A program made the position numbers and the translations under genes. The notes beneath the pieces are model-generated. The model worked only from the letters and a program-made list of their open reading frames with translations, was not told the origin of the DNA and ran no database searches. A stretch of DNA of 64,000 nt. Origin: Candidatus Obscuribacteraceae bacterium (GTDB lineage Bacteria; Cyanobacteriota; Vampirovibrionia; Obscuribacterales; Obscuribacteraceae). The stretch is from contig JBIKOL010000001.1 in assembly GCA_044358055.1 (NCBI GenBank), forward strand, positions 46,499-110,498. Reading direction: 5' to 3'. How positions within the stretch are numbered: the stretch's first letter is position 1; each line of letters opens with the position of its first letter. Positions 1 to 8,992 of this stretch are shown piece after piece.

Positions 1-98
1 TGTTTACGAATAGTCTGGCTAAGATGACAGGAGTTCAGGGAATATGACAAGCAGATTAAATCTGAGTTTGGGATGTCAAGTATGCGGGTACATGAAAA

Positions 99-3000
99 TT
101 GGCGATACCTAAATTCGGTCCTCTTTTTGACGTATTGAGTTCTTACAGACTCATGTATGGGGGACTGCCTTTGTATCAGGTTCGCAGATATTTGCCAATC
201 TTGCTTTCCGGCCAGCTTTTGCTGTGCTCGGGGCTGTTGACATGCTCTTTAATCGGCAGCGCTGCGAAAGCCGAGCCGACACAGGCCGTCAGTCTGGACT
301 TGAGTTCCAAAACCGCCAATATCTCAGGGGCGATTCTTGGAGGAAAGTCTGTCGTTCTTGATGTAGGCGGCAGCAAGACAACAATCGATCCTGGCAGCAA
401 ATTGACCCCGGCTGAGTACGTCGCTGCCTTGGGCGCTCTAGCTGGACAGCAGACCTTGAAGTTAAACAATTTCGGGCAGGCCACAGGGGGACAATTCACT
501 GTTCCTGCGTCTACGACGTTGTCGAACATTTTGGTGCCAAATGGTGTGACTGGTGTCTATGATTTCGGTGCCAGCAAAGGAAGCCTTCCTATCACGGGCA
601 ATTTCACCAACAGCGGTATCTTTTATCTTGTCTCCAGCAATCAGAACGTCACAAGTGGAACGCTCAGCGCACTGAACATAATCAACAATCCCGGAGCATT
701 GATGAGTTCAGTCCTGCCGCTTGGAGGACTCAGCGGTTTCTCTCATCTTGTTCCCGGCTTCAGCTACACACTTAGTGCCGTAAACAACATCACTAACTAC
801 GGAACCATTGTCAGTGCTGGAAACCTGAGCATGACTGCCGGACAGCAGATTACCAATGGTAGCCAATCAATCCTTGGTTCTCTCGCGAATCTCAACGTAA
901 GTTCTCCTTCTATAGTCAATCAAGGATTACTCGTCTCGGCTTTGGGAAACATAAACGTTCAAACTTCCAACCTGACAAACTCGGGACTGATAAAAACATT
1001 TCTTGGTGCAATCAATATTGAAAGCCTCTCCCAGCAATGCCTTAACATTAACAATATCAGCGGGATTATTGATTCGGCAGAAAGGCTGAATATCAGCAGC
1101 AATACAGCTGGCTCCAGTATTAATGTTTCGGGCGGAGCGCTTTACGGATCATCAGTCAGTTTCAAGAATCCATCCGGCAATGTGACAGTAAGTGTTGATG
1201 ATATTACCGACGATCTAAGTTTCAGTGCTCAAAATATAACTCTGGCGGTCGCTCATGGGACGACAGGTCTGGAACTTACTGGGCTCCAAGATGCCAAATC
1301 CGTAGGGCTCACTTACAATGGCGCAGGCAATGTGAGCTTCGGCGCATTACAAACTGGTGGGCAGGACATTTCGATTGTCACTAACGGTTTGATTCATATC
1401 TCAGGCAATATCAGCACGATGCCGAAGCAGAACGGTGATGGCGGCTCGGTTTACTTGAGCGCCGGCAAAAACCTCACCGTGCAGAATATCCTGAGTACCG
1501 GAAATGGATCAGGCAATGGTGGTGACATAACACTGCTAGCCGGCGGTTCCATCTCGGGTGGCACCATCGATGCTTCCGGTGGTAGACAGGGGAACCCAGG
1601 AGAGGTCACCGTTAAAGCCGGATTGAGCGGAAGCGGTAATGTAAATATTACATCGATTACGGATAATGGTGTTAATGGTGGTGGCGTCGTCTCCCTTAGC
1701 GCTCCGAATTCCGTAACCATAGCTAATAATGTTACCGTCCTTGGCGGAACGGTGAAACTCGATAGCTCTGTTGTTAACGCAGGCAAAATTGATGTAGGCA
1801 CTGGTAGCCTACAGCTTGACCCGCACACCAGCCCCGGTGGCATTTACACTCTTGATCTAAAACAGCTCTCGCAATTCGGGACAGGAAACGTCACAATAGG
1901 CGGAAGTGATTTTAATTCCAATATAGTTGTGAGCAATAACTGCAATGGTTGTCTGGGCAATCTGCAGAGCTTGAGCCTGACTACGAGCGGAACTTATTCT
2001 GCCTCAGGCACCACACTGACCTTGCGCAATGGCCAGTCCTACAGTGTCACTGCAGCTGGTGGCATAGATACGGGCTCCGTTAGTGGTGGAAAATCCGTGA
2101 GCTTTGTTACCGACGGTACCTTGAATGTGACCGGCGCAATCAACATGCCAGGCGGAAACGTAAGTCTTAGTGCTTCTGATTTCAATATCAGTTCACCGGT
2201 CTCGGTTGCCGGTGGTAACGTTGCTTTGCTTCCAACTTCTCCAAATTCCACTGTTCACGGGTCGCAACTCGGCAATATCAGTGCCGGAACACTCAACCTT
2301 GGTAACGGAACAGGTAATGGCGGTATTTCAGTTAACGGAAATGCAGATCTTAGCAAGATTGCCAACTATGTAATCGTGAACCTAGGGGGCAATTTCGACT
2401 CGAGCAACTCCAGCATGAGATTGAGCGGCCAGACACTAATGACAGTGCTGGCCAACAATGTTTATCTCGGCAGCATAAGCAATGGCTCTGGACTTAGCGT
2501 TAACGCCAGGCAAGATCTCGAGCTAAGCGGTGATATCAACATGCCTAATGGCCCGGTTGTTTTGAACGCTGACCTGAGTGGCAGCGGTTCGCACCTGAGC
2601 CTTCATACCGGTACAAACCTGACCGCAAGTTCCGTAGCACTCAGCTCGCTTACGGGTGATGTCTATTCCGGCGCCAATATCACCGCGCTCTCTGGAGGAA
2701 TCTCCATGAGCTCGGGTGCAATGCTGGCTCTTCTGAATAATTCGCAGCTCAAAGCTGCCAATGATGTGGCATTAAATGCTATTCAAGACATTAACATTGG
2801 CTCCGGTGGTGATAACAGTAATGTCAAAATCTCCGCAGGCGGGTTGAATAACAGTGGCTTCAATCCGTTCGCCGCAAATGCTTCGTTTGATCCATCGCAA
2901 ATTACCTCAAGCGGGAAAATCTTGATTGATACTTACCAAAACGGACATGGCAGTGGCAATGTCAATATCGTCGGCGGCACCACCATGGTCGCCACTGGAG

Positions 3001-5321
3001 ATGGGCAAAATGCCGGTTCAATAGGAATTTTGAGTGGTGGAGATATCAATGTAGGAAGCGGCTCGCAGCTGGCTGCTGTTGGCGGAAATATGTATCTCAG
3101 TGCTGCAAAAAATGTGAACGTCGACAGTTCGACTCTTGTTTCTCTGGCTTCTTCTTCGGCTCAGGCTGGCCACAGTTACAATGGCGGACAAATTGCGCTT
3201 ATGGCTGGTTCGCCTGCTACAAATATGAATCAGCTTTTGGCGAATTTCAGCGCTCAAAGAACCGGCACTGAGAGAATTACTTCCGATACGGCCTTCAGTG
3301 GTAATTCGATTAATATGACAAATGGATCATTGCTTTCTGTGATCCAGCCAGCGCAAAAATTAGTCAATCTTTCAGGCAACACTATCAATCTAAATGGCGG
3401 CGTACTGTACATCGACCCACCTCCTGACTCTACTGTGAATGTGAGCAATTCTACAATTAATGCTTCTGGACCACAGTTGAATGCGCAGCCTCTGAACATT
3501 GGCGCCGGCACCACTGTTCCTGTTGGAGTCACCGTACCTGTTGTCGGTGGTGGAACCGGAGGGACCGGCAGTGGTGGTACGAGTGGTGGCACAGGCGGCG
3601 GCCTCGGTGGAGGCGGTGGTCTTGGCGGCGGCGGTGGTCTCGGTGGAGGCGGCGGTCTTGGCGGCGGCGGTGGTCTCGGTGGAGGCGGCGGTCTTGGCGG
3701 CGGTGGCGGTGGTGGCGGACTCGGCGGCGGTTTAGGCCCCGGCCTTGGAACTGGTAATGGGTCCTCAAATTCTACGGTTAGTGCTGCCACTGTAATCCAG
3801 CTGTTCTCCAGTACGGTAAATTCGACCGATACTTCTGCCCGCAGAACTACAAGCAGCAGCAGTAGTACCGTATCTGGTCTTGAGCTGGGAAGCAGTTCAG
3901 CTGTTCCATCAGATACACTTGATGAAACCCCGAACAAACCATTCATGCGTTCTGCTATCTTCTGTTCGAAGCCCCAACTTTTGAAGAATACGGAAAATCT
4001 TGAGGAAGACAGCTGGATTATCGCTTCGAGCAGCTGCCAGCCATTCACATTTGAGGAGCATGATGGATCTTTGATTGTAGGGGGCGGCTCAGAACCCGCA
4101 AAATTTGCACCCAGCTCCGGGCGCACTTTGCTGCTCAGAGAGGGGAAACTTCTGTTCATTACCGTGGACAAAATTCACGTCGTCAGAACCCCTTATTGCA
4201 ACATCACAATTCCAGTCAATACTGCGGCTGTTGTAGAAGTGGATACAAGAGGAATGGTTCGCATAGCAAATTTCGCTGGCGGCAAGGCTTCTGTAACAGT
4301 ATGCCGTAACGACGAAACATTGATTCTTTCTGCTGCACCTGGAGAACAACTGATTCTTGCAGAATCAACCGTATCTGATGAAAAATTCTCCGATTTCGCA
4401 TATCCGGAAGTGAAGCACACCAAGGTTGCTTCGTGGCAGCTTGAGCTCTCGGGACTTCGCGGTCAAAAGATAGGATTCGACCGGAAAGAAATGGCTCAGG
4501 CCGAGCCGCTTTTGCATTGTAGTATGGGTTGCGTTAATCAGATTCAGCTGCGGCGAATTGAACAGCTTATGCAAAGTATGAGCAGCCAGCAGCCCATTCT
4601 CAAATCAATGGATGTTCATCAAGGCAAGCAATTGATTCAAGGTCCTGTGCCTGTATCCAAAGCAGGACAAGCGGAGAGTGATTCTGAGACAATGAAGCCA
4701 ATCGCTTTTGAGGACTCCACTGCCGCGTTGATCGTGCCGCAGATCTCGCTTTTGACTTTGAACGCGGGAACAGCAGAGATCAAATATGTTGGACCCTGTA
4801 AGGTTTCCCTCGTAAGCGAAGGCATCGTGGATCTGAAAGAAGGGGAAGCTCTAATTTCCGCAAACAGAAGGACTGTTGTGAAAATGGGTGATTGTCTTGT
4901 GCACCTGAAGCCTGGCACTGTTGCCGTTGTGGGCATGAAGGATGGGCTGGCTAAGGTTCGCAATGTGTTCGAGAAAAAAGACACCGGAGCGCAGGTTATC
5001 GTAGCCAGTAAACGTGCGATCGGACTACAGGTTGGACAAGAATTGATTGTTGGACCGCGTGGAACATCTCTTGTGCGCTCGCTGAGCCAGGAGCCGGTGG
5101 GACGCAGGCGTTCGCGCAGTTTGGAACTGGCTTCCGGACACACTTGCATCTCTTCGGAATTCTCACTGAGTTCCTTGCTGCAAAATTCGCAAATTCTCGC
5201 TCAACTCGTTCGCAGTTCTGCCGATAACGACCGCTTAATCGCTCGCAAGATTTTGAAGATGTCGGTCTGTTTGACTCTTGTTACTGCCTCGCACGGGAAT
5301 TACTCAATCACGAACCCGTGA
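99..5321 (+). CDS. Giant secreted beta-helix-repeat adhesin-like exoprotein with Gly-Leu linker, Ser/Thr-rich spacer and two C-terminal FecR-like modules
   Basis: Uninterrupted 5.2-kb ORF. The track opens at TTG 99. The first ATG at 153 precedes a signal-like segment (LPILLSGQLLLCSGLLTCSLIGSAAKA). More than 1100 aa consist of degenerate ~20-aa N/G/S/T/I-rich repeats (NITNYGTIVSAGNLS, NLTNSGLIKT) typical of right-handed beta-helix exoproteins. These are followed by (GGGGGL)n, a Ser/Thr-rich tract, and two segments (LREGKLLFITVDKIHVVRTP.., LKEGEALISANRRTVVKMGDCLVHLKPGT..) resembling FecR-type domains. Confidence 0.85.
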   Translation: MAIPKFGPLFDVLSSYRLMYGGLPLYQVRRYLPILLSGQLLLCSGLLTCSLIGSAAKAEPTQAVSLDLSSKTANISGAILGGKSVVLDVGGSKTTIDPGSKLTPAEYVAALGALAGQQTLKLNNFGQATGGQFTVPASTTLSNILVPNGVTGVYDFGASKGSLPITGNFTNSGIFYLVSSNQNVTSGTLSALNIINNPGALMSSVLPLGGLSGFSHLVPGFSYTLSAVNNITNYGTIVSAGNLSMTAGQQITNGSQSILGSLANLNVSSPSIVNQGLLVSALGNINVQTSNLTNSGLIKTFLGAINIESLSQQCLNINNISGIIDSAERLNISSNTAGSSINVSGGALYGSSVSFKNPSGNVTVSVDDITDDLSFSAQNITLAVAHGTTGLELTGLQDAKSVGLTYNGAGNVSFGALQTGGQDISIVTNGLIHISGNISTMPKQNGDGGSVYLSAGKNLTVQNILSTGNGSGNGGDITLLAGGSISGGTIDASGGRQGNPGEVTVKAGLSGSGNVNITSITDNGVNGGGVVSLSAPNSVTIANNVTVLGGTVKLDSSVVNAGKIDVGTGSLQLDPHTSPGGIYTLDLKQLSQFGTGNVTIGGSDFNSNIVVSNNCNGCLGNLQSLSLTTSGTYSASGTTLTLRNGQSYSVTAAGGIDTGSVSGGKSVSFVTDGTLNVTGAINMPGGNVSLSASDFNISSPVSVAGGNVALLPTSPNSTVHGSQLGNISAGTLNLGNGTGNGGISVNGNADLSKIANYVIVNLGGNFDSSNSSMRLSGQTLMTVLANNVYLGSISNGSGLSVNARQDLELSGDINMPNGPVVLNADLSGSGSHLSLHTGTNLTASSVALSSLTGDVYSGANITALSGGISMSSGAMLALLNNSQLKAANDVALNAIQDINIGSGGDNSNVKISAGGLNNSGFNPFAANASFDPSQITSSGKILIDTYQNGHGSGNVNIVGGTTMVATGDGQNAGSIGILSGGDINVGSGSQLAAVGGNMYLSAAKNVNVDSSTLVSLASSSAQAGHSYNGGQIALMAGSPATNMNQLLANFSAQRTGTERITSDTAFSGNSINMTNGSLLSVIQPAQKLVNLSGNTINLNGGVLYIDPPPDSTVNVSNSTINASGPQLNAQPLNIGAGTTVPVGVTVPVVGGGTGGTGSGGTSGGTGGGLGGGGGLGGGGGLGGGGGLGGGGGLGGGGGLGGGGGGGGLGGGLGPGLGTGNGSSNSTVSAATVIQLFSSTVNSTDTSARRTTSSSSSTVSGLELGSSSAVPSDTLDETPNKPFMRSAIFCSKPQLLKNTENLEEDSWIIASSSCQPFTFEEHDGSLIVGGGSEPAKFAPSSGRTLLLREGKLLFITVDKIHVVRTPYCNITIPVNTAAVVEVDTRGMVRIANFAGGKASVTVCRNDETLILSAAPGEQLILAESTVSDEKFSDFAYPEVKHTKVASWQLELSGLRGQKIGFDRKEMAQAEPLLHCSMGCVNQIQLRRIEQLMQSMSSQQPILKSMDVHQGKQLIQGPVPVSKAGQAESDSETMKPIAFEDSTAALIVPQISLLTLNAGTAEIKYVGPCKVSLVSEGIVDLKEGEALISANRRTVVKMGDCLVHLKPGTVAVVGMKDGLAKVRNVFEKKDTGAQVIVASKRAIGLQVGQELIVGPRGTSLVRSLSQEPVGRRRSRSLELASGHTCISSEFSLSSLLQNSQILAQLVRSSADNDRLIARKILKMSVCLTLVTASHGNYSITNP
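3594..3746 (+). repeat. In-frame tandem repeat encoding (GGGGGL)n, 18-bp unit in two alternating codon versions (36-bp period)
   Basis: ggtggaggcggcggtctt / ggcggcggcggtggtctc alternate about 3 times with degenerate flanks. It produces the antisense poly-Pro shadow ORF. Confidence 0.9.
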
Positions 5322-5391
5322 CCATTTCCTAGGATTCATTAGCGCAACTAGTGATAAGCAAATCGTAATCTGGCAACATGTCAAAGCGGGT

Positions 5392-7446
5392 ATGAGCTAT
5401 GTGTCGTTGTCTGCAATTTTGCCATGGGATGTTATGCGTTTTAGCAAGCTTGTTGCTGCTAGCTTATTGCTCAATTTGTTGCACCTGAGCAGCAAGCCGC
5501 TGCTTTTGCCATCCCTCGCAGAAAGCGCCCCTCTCGTTCAGGAACAGCAAAACCAGGGAAGTCCCGATTCCAGAGATTGGGCTCATTTTAATCCCTTTAA
5601 ATTTCAACAGCGTGCTCTTCTTGTGCCTTCTCCGGCTTTGCTTCCATTGAAGTCCATGTTTTTTGCCAAGTCGCCGTCATATACAAGCGATCCAACCAGA
5701 GCGAACCTGATCTTCGGAAGAGGAGCGAAAAGGCTTCCAACAGTAATTTATGCGAAGGCTTTTGATATTCTGCAAATCAGCAACAAGTACTATCAGGCGC
5801 CCGCCGCGGGAGAAAGCAAGTCTATTGATGTGAATGGGCAAACTGTTACCATCTACGGAACAACTGTGTATACGCCACTGCCGGACCTTCGAATGGTCGC
5901 TAATCCTGCAGGCATTTCACCTTTTGATCCGAGCAGGGTCTTTTATAAAAACGGCGAGACCTGGCCCTCCGTGATTTATGGAGAGCCGGGACAGCAAATC
6001 AAAATCGCAAGCCAATTTGTTACCGTGCCGGCACCAGGGCAGACACTTACGTTGACCATTAAACCTGACGGAACTCTCAAGCTTCCACAAAACGCAGACC
6101 AGCCAAATAAGAGAGATACTGGGGACGCAGGAAAAAATAAGCAAAGCGATTCAAATCGTTCTCCGGGCTCTGGTACATTAAGTTCTTCGACCTCTGCTGC
6201 AATAAGTAGTGGCGCGGGAGTAAAGTCGGCAGCCAATGCAGCTGATGCAAAAGCTGCTGCCGATGCAAAAGCCGCCGCCGATGCAAAAGGCGCCGCCGAT
6301 GCAAAAGGCGCCGCCGATGCAAAAGCCGCCGCCGATGCAAAAGCCGCTGCCGATGCAAAAGCTGCTGCCGATGCAAAAGCCGCCGCCGATGCGGCGAAGA
6401 AAAATTCTCCGCCGCCGCCACCAACGCCTCTTTCAGAGCAAGCTGCAGAAACTGGGGGACAGGGTGGTTATATCGGAAGCGATTCGCCTGGCTCTGGCTC
6501 ATCAAAACCTGTCCCGTTTAGTACAGTAGTGAGCGCAAATGTTTGCTGGTTTAACGATACGAATTTTACACCTATAGTGCGCGGAACCGTTTCGGGTGTT
6601 TTGAGCGGGGATATTAATTCCACAACGATCGATTCAGATATCGGGAGTGGAATTACCGCGCATGGAACTATTCAAACAACTACGGTAAATGGACAAATTA
6701 CAAAAACACTGATTATCAACAAATTTACCAGAACTGGTCAGCTTGGACCTTGCTCACCACCCCTGCAGATTCCGCTTTCGACAACAAAAGATCCGAAGGC
6801 TCATAAGAGCCGGCCGCAGAAAGGTACCATAGATGACGCACATGCCGATTTCTATAGAAAAATGTGCGACGCTTATGACAAGCTTCCTGAGTCAGTAAAA
6901 AAATGGCTTGATGATAACAAATACAACATTTTTATTGATTTGAAGGTGCCGAGTGAAGCAGGACCAACCTGGGGGTGCGACAAACCTGGAGAAATTCGCT
7001 TAGGATATCAATTTGGGAATAACAATACTCCTACAGAAGGCTATACGGACCTCTACTCGGCTTTGACTCATGAAATCGGCCACGCACTTGATTATGTTTA
7101 TCAACTTTCTAATAGCAGTGCTTTTGAAGCGGCATACAACAGTGACGTAAAGGCAGGCTTCCACGGACAGGACTTAACTGGCTATGGCTCCGGATCAGGA
7201 TCAAATGCAAATGACTATACAGATACCAGCTTTGGCGAGCCAGACCAATCTGGCAAGATTCCCCCAAAGGGGCGTCAAGAAGTAGCTGCCGATCTCTTGT
7301 CCTTTTTCATGGGCGCAAATAGTTCACGACCCAATACCGTATACAATGCTTTTGGAAACACCTACAACAATGCCATCGTGACAAATTCTAACCTAGCCGT
7401 TTTCGAAGCAACTCAAACTCAGCCGGCAAACACAAAACTCAAATAA
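5392..7446 (+). CDS. Exported multidomain protein: (AADAKA)n helical spacer, poly-Pro hinge, C-terminal HExxH zinc metalloprotease (anthrax lethal factor-like / peptidase M34-like)
   Basis: The track ORF 5278..7446 overlaps the previous gene. In-frame ATGs occur at 5392 and 5434, and the latter is followed by signal-like MRFSKLVAASLLLNLLHLSS. HEIGH lies at 7069..7083 in the context LTHEIGHALDYV, with downstream QEVAADLLSFF (compare LF HEFGHAVD ... EFFAEAF). Confidence 0.8.
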   Translation: MSYVSLSAILPWDVMRFSKLVAASLLLNLLHLSSKPLLLPSLAESAPLVQEQQNQGSPDSRDWAHFNPFKFQQRALLVPSPALLPLKSMFFAKSPSYTSDPTRANLIFGRGAKRLPTVIYAKAFDILQISNKYYQAPAAGESKSIDVNGQTVTIYGTTVYTPLPDLRMVANPAGISPFDPSRVFYKNGETWPSVIYGEPGQQIKIASQFVTVPAPGQTLTLTIKPDGTLKLPQNADQPNKRDTGDAGKNKQSDSNRSPGSGTLSSSTSAAISSGAGVKSAANAADAKAAADAKAAADAKGAADAKGAADAKAAADAKAAADAKAAADAKAAADAAKKNSPPPPPTPLSEQAAETGGQGGYIGSDSPGSGSSKPVPFSTVVSANVCWFNDTNFTPIVRGTVSGVLSGDINSTTIDSDIGSGITAHGTIQTTTVNGQITKTLIINKFTRTGQLGPCSPPLQIPLSTTKDPKAHKSRPQKGTIDDAHADFYRKMCDAYDKLPESVKKWLDDNKYNIFIDLKVPSEAGPTWGCDKPGEIRLGYQFGNNNTPTEGYTDLYSALTHEIGHALDYVYQLSNSSAFEAAYNSDVKAGFHGQDLTGYGSGSGSNANDYTDTSFGEPDQSGKIPPKGRQEVAADLLSFFMGANSSRPNTVYNAFGNTYNNAIVTNSNLAVFEATQTQPANTKLK
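6238..6396 (+). repeat. In-frame 18-bp tandem repeat encoding (AADAK[A/G])x8-9
   Basis: gccgatgcaaaagccgcc repeated with synonymous or Ala/Gly variation. Confidence 0.9.
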
Positions 7447-7462
7447 GGAACAAACATAGCTT

Positions 7463-8164
7463 ATGAAATTGAGTGGACTGAGCTTAAGGCAAAAGGATGC
7501 AGTACTTCTGCTTGCATCATTAATATCAATTTTTGCGCCTGCTTCCTATATCGGGACAAGCGCACAGCCCGTGGACTTTGACGTTATCGAAAAGAATTCT
7601 GGTTCGGATTTCTTACAAGGATACAAACTTCGCAGGCAAGGAAAATTAGAGGACGCCTTAACGGCATTCTCCAAATCAATAAGCAATCATCCGGAGAATA
7701 CCGAAACCTATCTTGAAAGAGCGGACCTTTTGATTCAACTTAAGAAATATCGTGATGCATTATCCGATCTCAACAAGTATGCAAGTATGCTCCAACAAAC
7801 CAGCGATAAAGACGATAAGTCAAGACAAGCCATAATTGCGCGCTACAAAGCACTGGCATTTGATGGATTGGGGAATCCTAACGAGGCACTGCGAAATTTT
7901 AAGGAGTCATTAGATCTCGATGACACAATCTACACAAGGGTGGAGCTCGGTAATTATTATAAGCGCCACGGCGATAGAACTGAAGCTTTGAGCCAGTTTC
8001 AAAATGCGAAATCACGAATGCATGGAGGAGGGTGGCATGCCAATTGGGGACAGTTCGAGGTAGATCTGGATAAAAATATGAGCGAGCTAAGTGGCTCTGC
8101 TTCCAGCAAGAACATCAAGGTTCCACGCAAACAAAATGCCGACCAAAATAAAGCCAAGAAATAG
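7463..8164 (+). CDS. Exported TPR-repeat protein
   Basis: ATG 17 nt after the preceding stop, with AAGGAA upstream. Signal-like N-terminus (AVLLLASLISIFAPASYIGTSAQP). TPR-like helical repeats (LEDALTAFSKSISNHPENTETYLERADLL..). Confidence 0.8.
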   Translation: MKLSGLSLRQKDAVLLLASLISIFAPASYIGTSAQPVDFDVIEKNSGSDFLQGYKLRRQGKLEDALTAFSKSISNHPENTETYLERADLLIQLKKYRDALSDLNKYASMLQQTSDKDDKSRQAIIARYKALAFDGLGNPNEALRNFKESLDLDDTIYTRVELGNYYKRHGDRTEALSQFQNAKSRMHGGGWHANWGQFEVDLDKNMSELSGSASSKNIKVPRKQNADQNKAKK

Positions 8165-8277
8165 GTCCTCAGAACTCTTGCTACCGCTTCGCATATTCAA
8201 TAACTGATCCGTAGGCAGACGACTGTTTGTAATCCTTAGACTCTGGGAAAACTAAAGATGACATTCCCGGGCCGGCT

Positions 8278-8901
8278 ATGGAAGAAGAAATTGAAACCGA
8301 TAACAGGGCTTCAATGGAGCTGCGCTATGACAGTGCCTGTAGTTTGGGGCACCCGTATTTGCAGTCATGCTGGAAGAAACTGGAGAGGAACAGGGGAACT
8401 TTCTACATCAGATTCGGCATTGAAGTAGTGATCTTGCTTCTATTGTTCGGTTTCGGATTATCGACATTATTTCATTTCGTCATTCCAATCATCTGTGTTG
8501 TTTACGCTGGGATTAGGACTCGGCGCTGGCTTAACAAATTTGCCGAATTCAAAGCACACGAGAAACAGCTTCTTGCTGCGAGCCAGGCGCTGTTGACTGA
8601 ATCTTTTGCAGATGTGAAATATGTAGTTGAGGACCTCGTATTTGGACTTGATTCTATTTCTCGCTCGTCATCGAATTCTTATTTGCCGAATGCAAGAATA
8701 ATGACTGAAGGCAAAAATTCCGTTCCAGCTTACTGCGGTTCCTGGCCTGTGAAGAACTGGCTTTTACTAAACGAGAGCGATCGATGCACAATCAGTGCCA
8801 GCCCGACACCAAGTACATATTCTCGTGGGCGCGTCTATCACGATCTGCGCAATTCGTATGTTCTGCTTACAGACACTGGCATTGTTTTGTGGTTGCTTTG
8901 A
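8278..8901 (+). CDS. Hypothetical membrane protein (two adjacent TM helices)
   Basis: 207-aa ATG ORF. Hydrophobic hairpin VVILLLLFGFGLSTLFHFVIPIICVVYAGI. No recognisable family. Confidence 0.6.
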   Translation: MEEEIETDNRASMELRYDSACSLGHPYLQSCWKKLERNRGTFYIRFGIEVVILLLLFGFGLSTLFHFVIPIICVVYAGIRTRRWLNKFAEFKAHEKQLLAASQALLTESFADVKYVVEDLVFGLDSISRSSSNSYLPNARIMTEGKNSVPAYCGSWPVKNWLLLNESDRCTISASPTPSTYSRGRVYHDLRNSYVLLTDTGIVLWLL

Positions 8902-8944
8902 CGCTTGTGTACCAGCTCTTCTATCTGTAATCTCCGTTTTTAGA

Positions 8945-8980
8945 AGCGGGCGGGACGCCCGCGATCCCAGGGCAGCCGCT
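8945..8980. repeat. GC-rich palindromic intergenic element, family 3
   Basis: agcgggcgggacgcccgcgatcccagggcagccgct. It matches 34/36 nt of the reverse complement of 59365..59400. Confidence 0.85.
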
Positions 8981-8992
8981 GTATTACGAACG

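Noticed and set aside
97-110. 14-nt match attggcgataccta shared with 14684..14697
   Set aside because: Several 14-mer coincidences are expected by chance in a 64-kb window counted on both strands, and the flanks share no similarity.
99-900. Two-partner-secretion (TpsA) TPS domain at the N-terminus of the giant protein
   Set aside because: I could not find the NPNL / NPNGI-type motifs, and no TpsB-like gene is visible. The call is kept as a generic beta-helix exoprotein.
3254-4171. 305-aa minus-strand ORF with long PPPPPR repeats
   Set aside because: It is the antisense shadow of the (GGGGGL)n / Gly-rich coding repeat of the giant plus-strand gene. It has no independent start context.
5278-5391. 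5-prime extension of the protease ORF overlapping the end of the giant gene
   Set aside because: It opens at a non-ATG codon inside the previous gene. In-frame ATGs at 5392/5434 with a signal-like peptide are more plausible starts.
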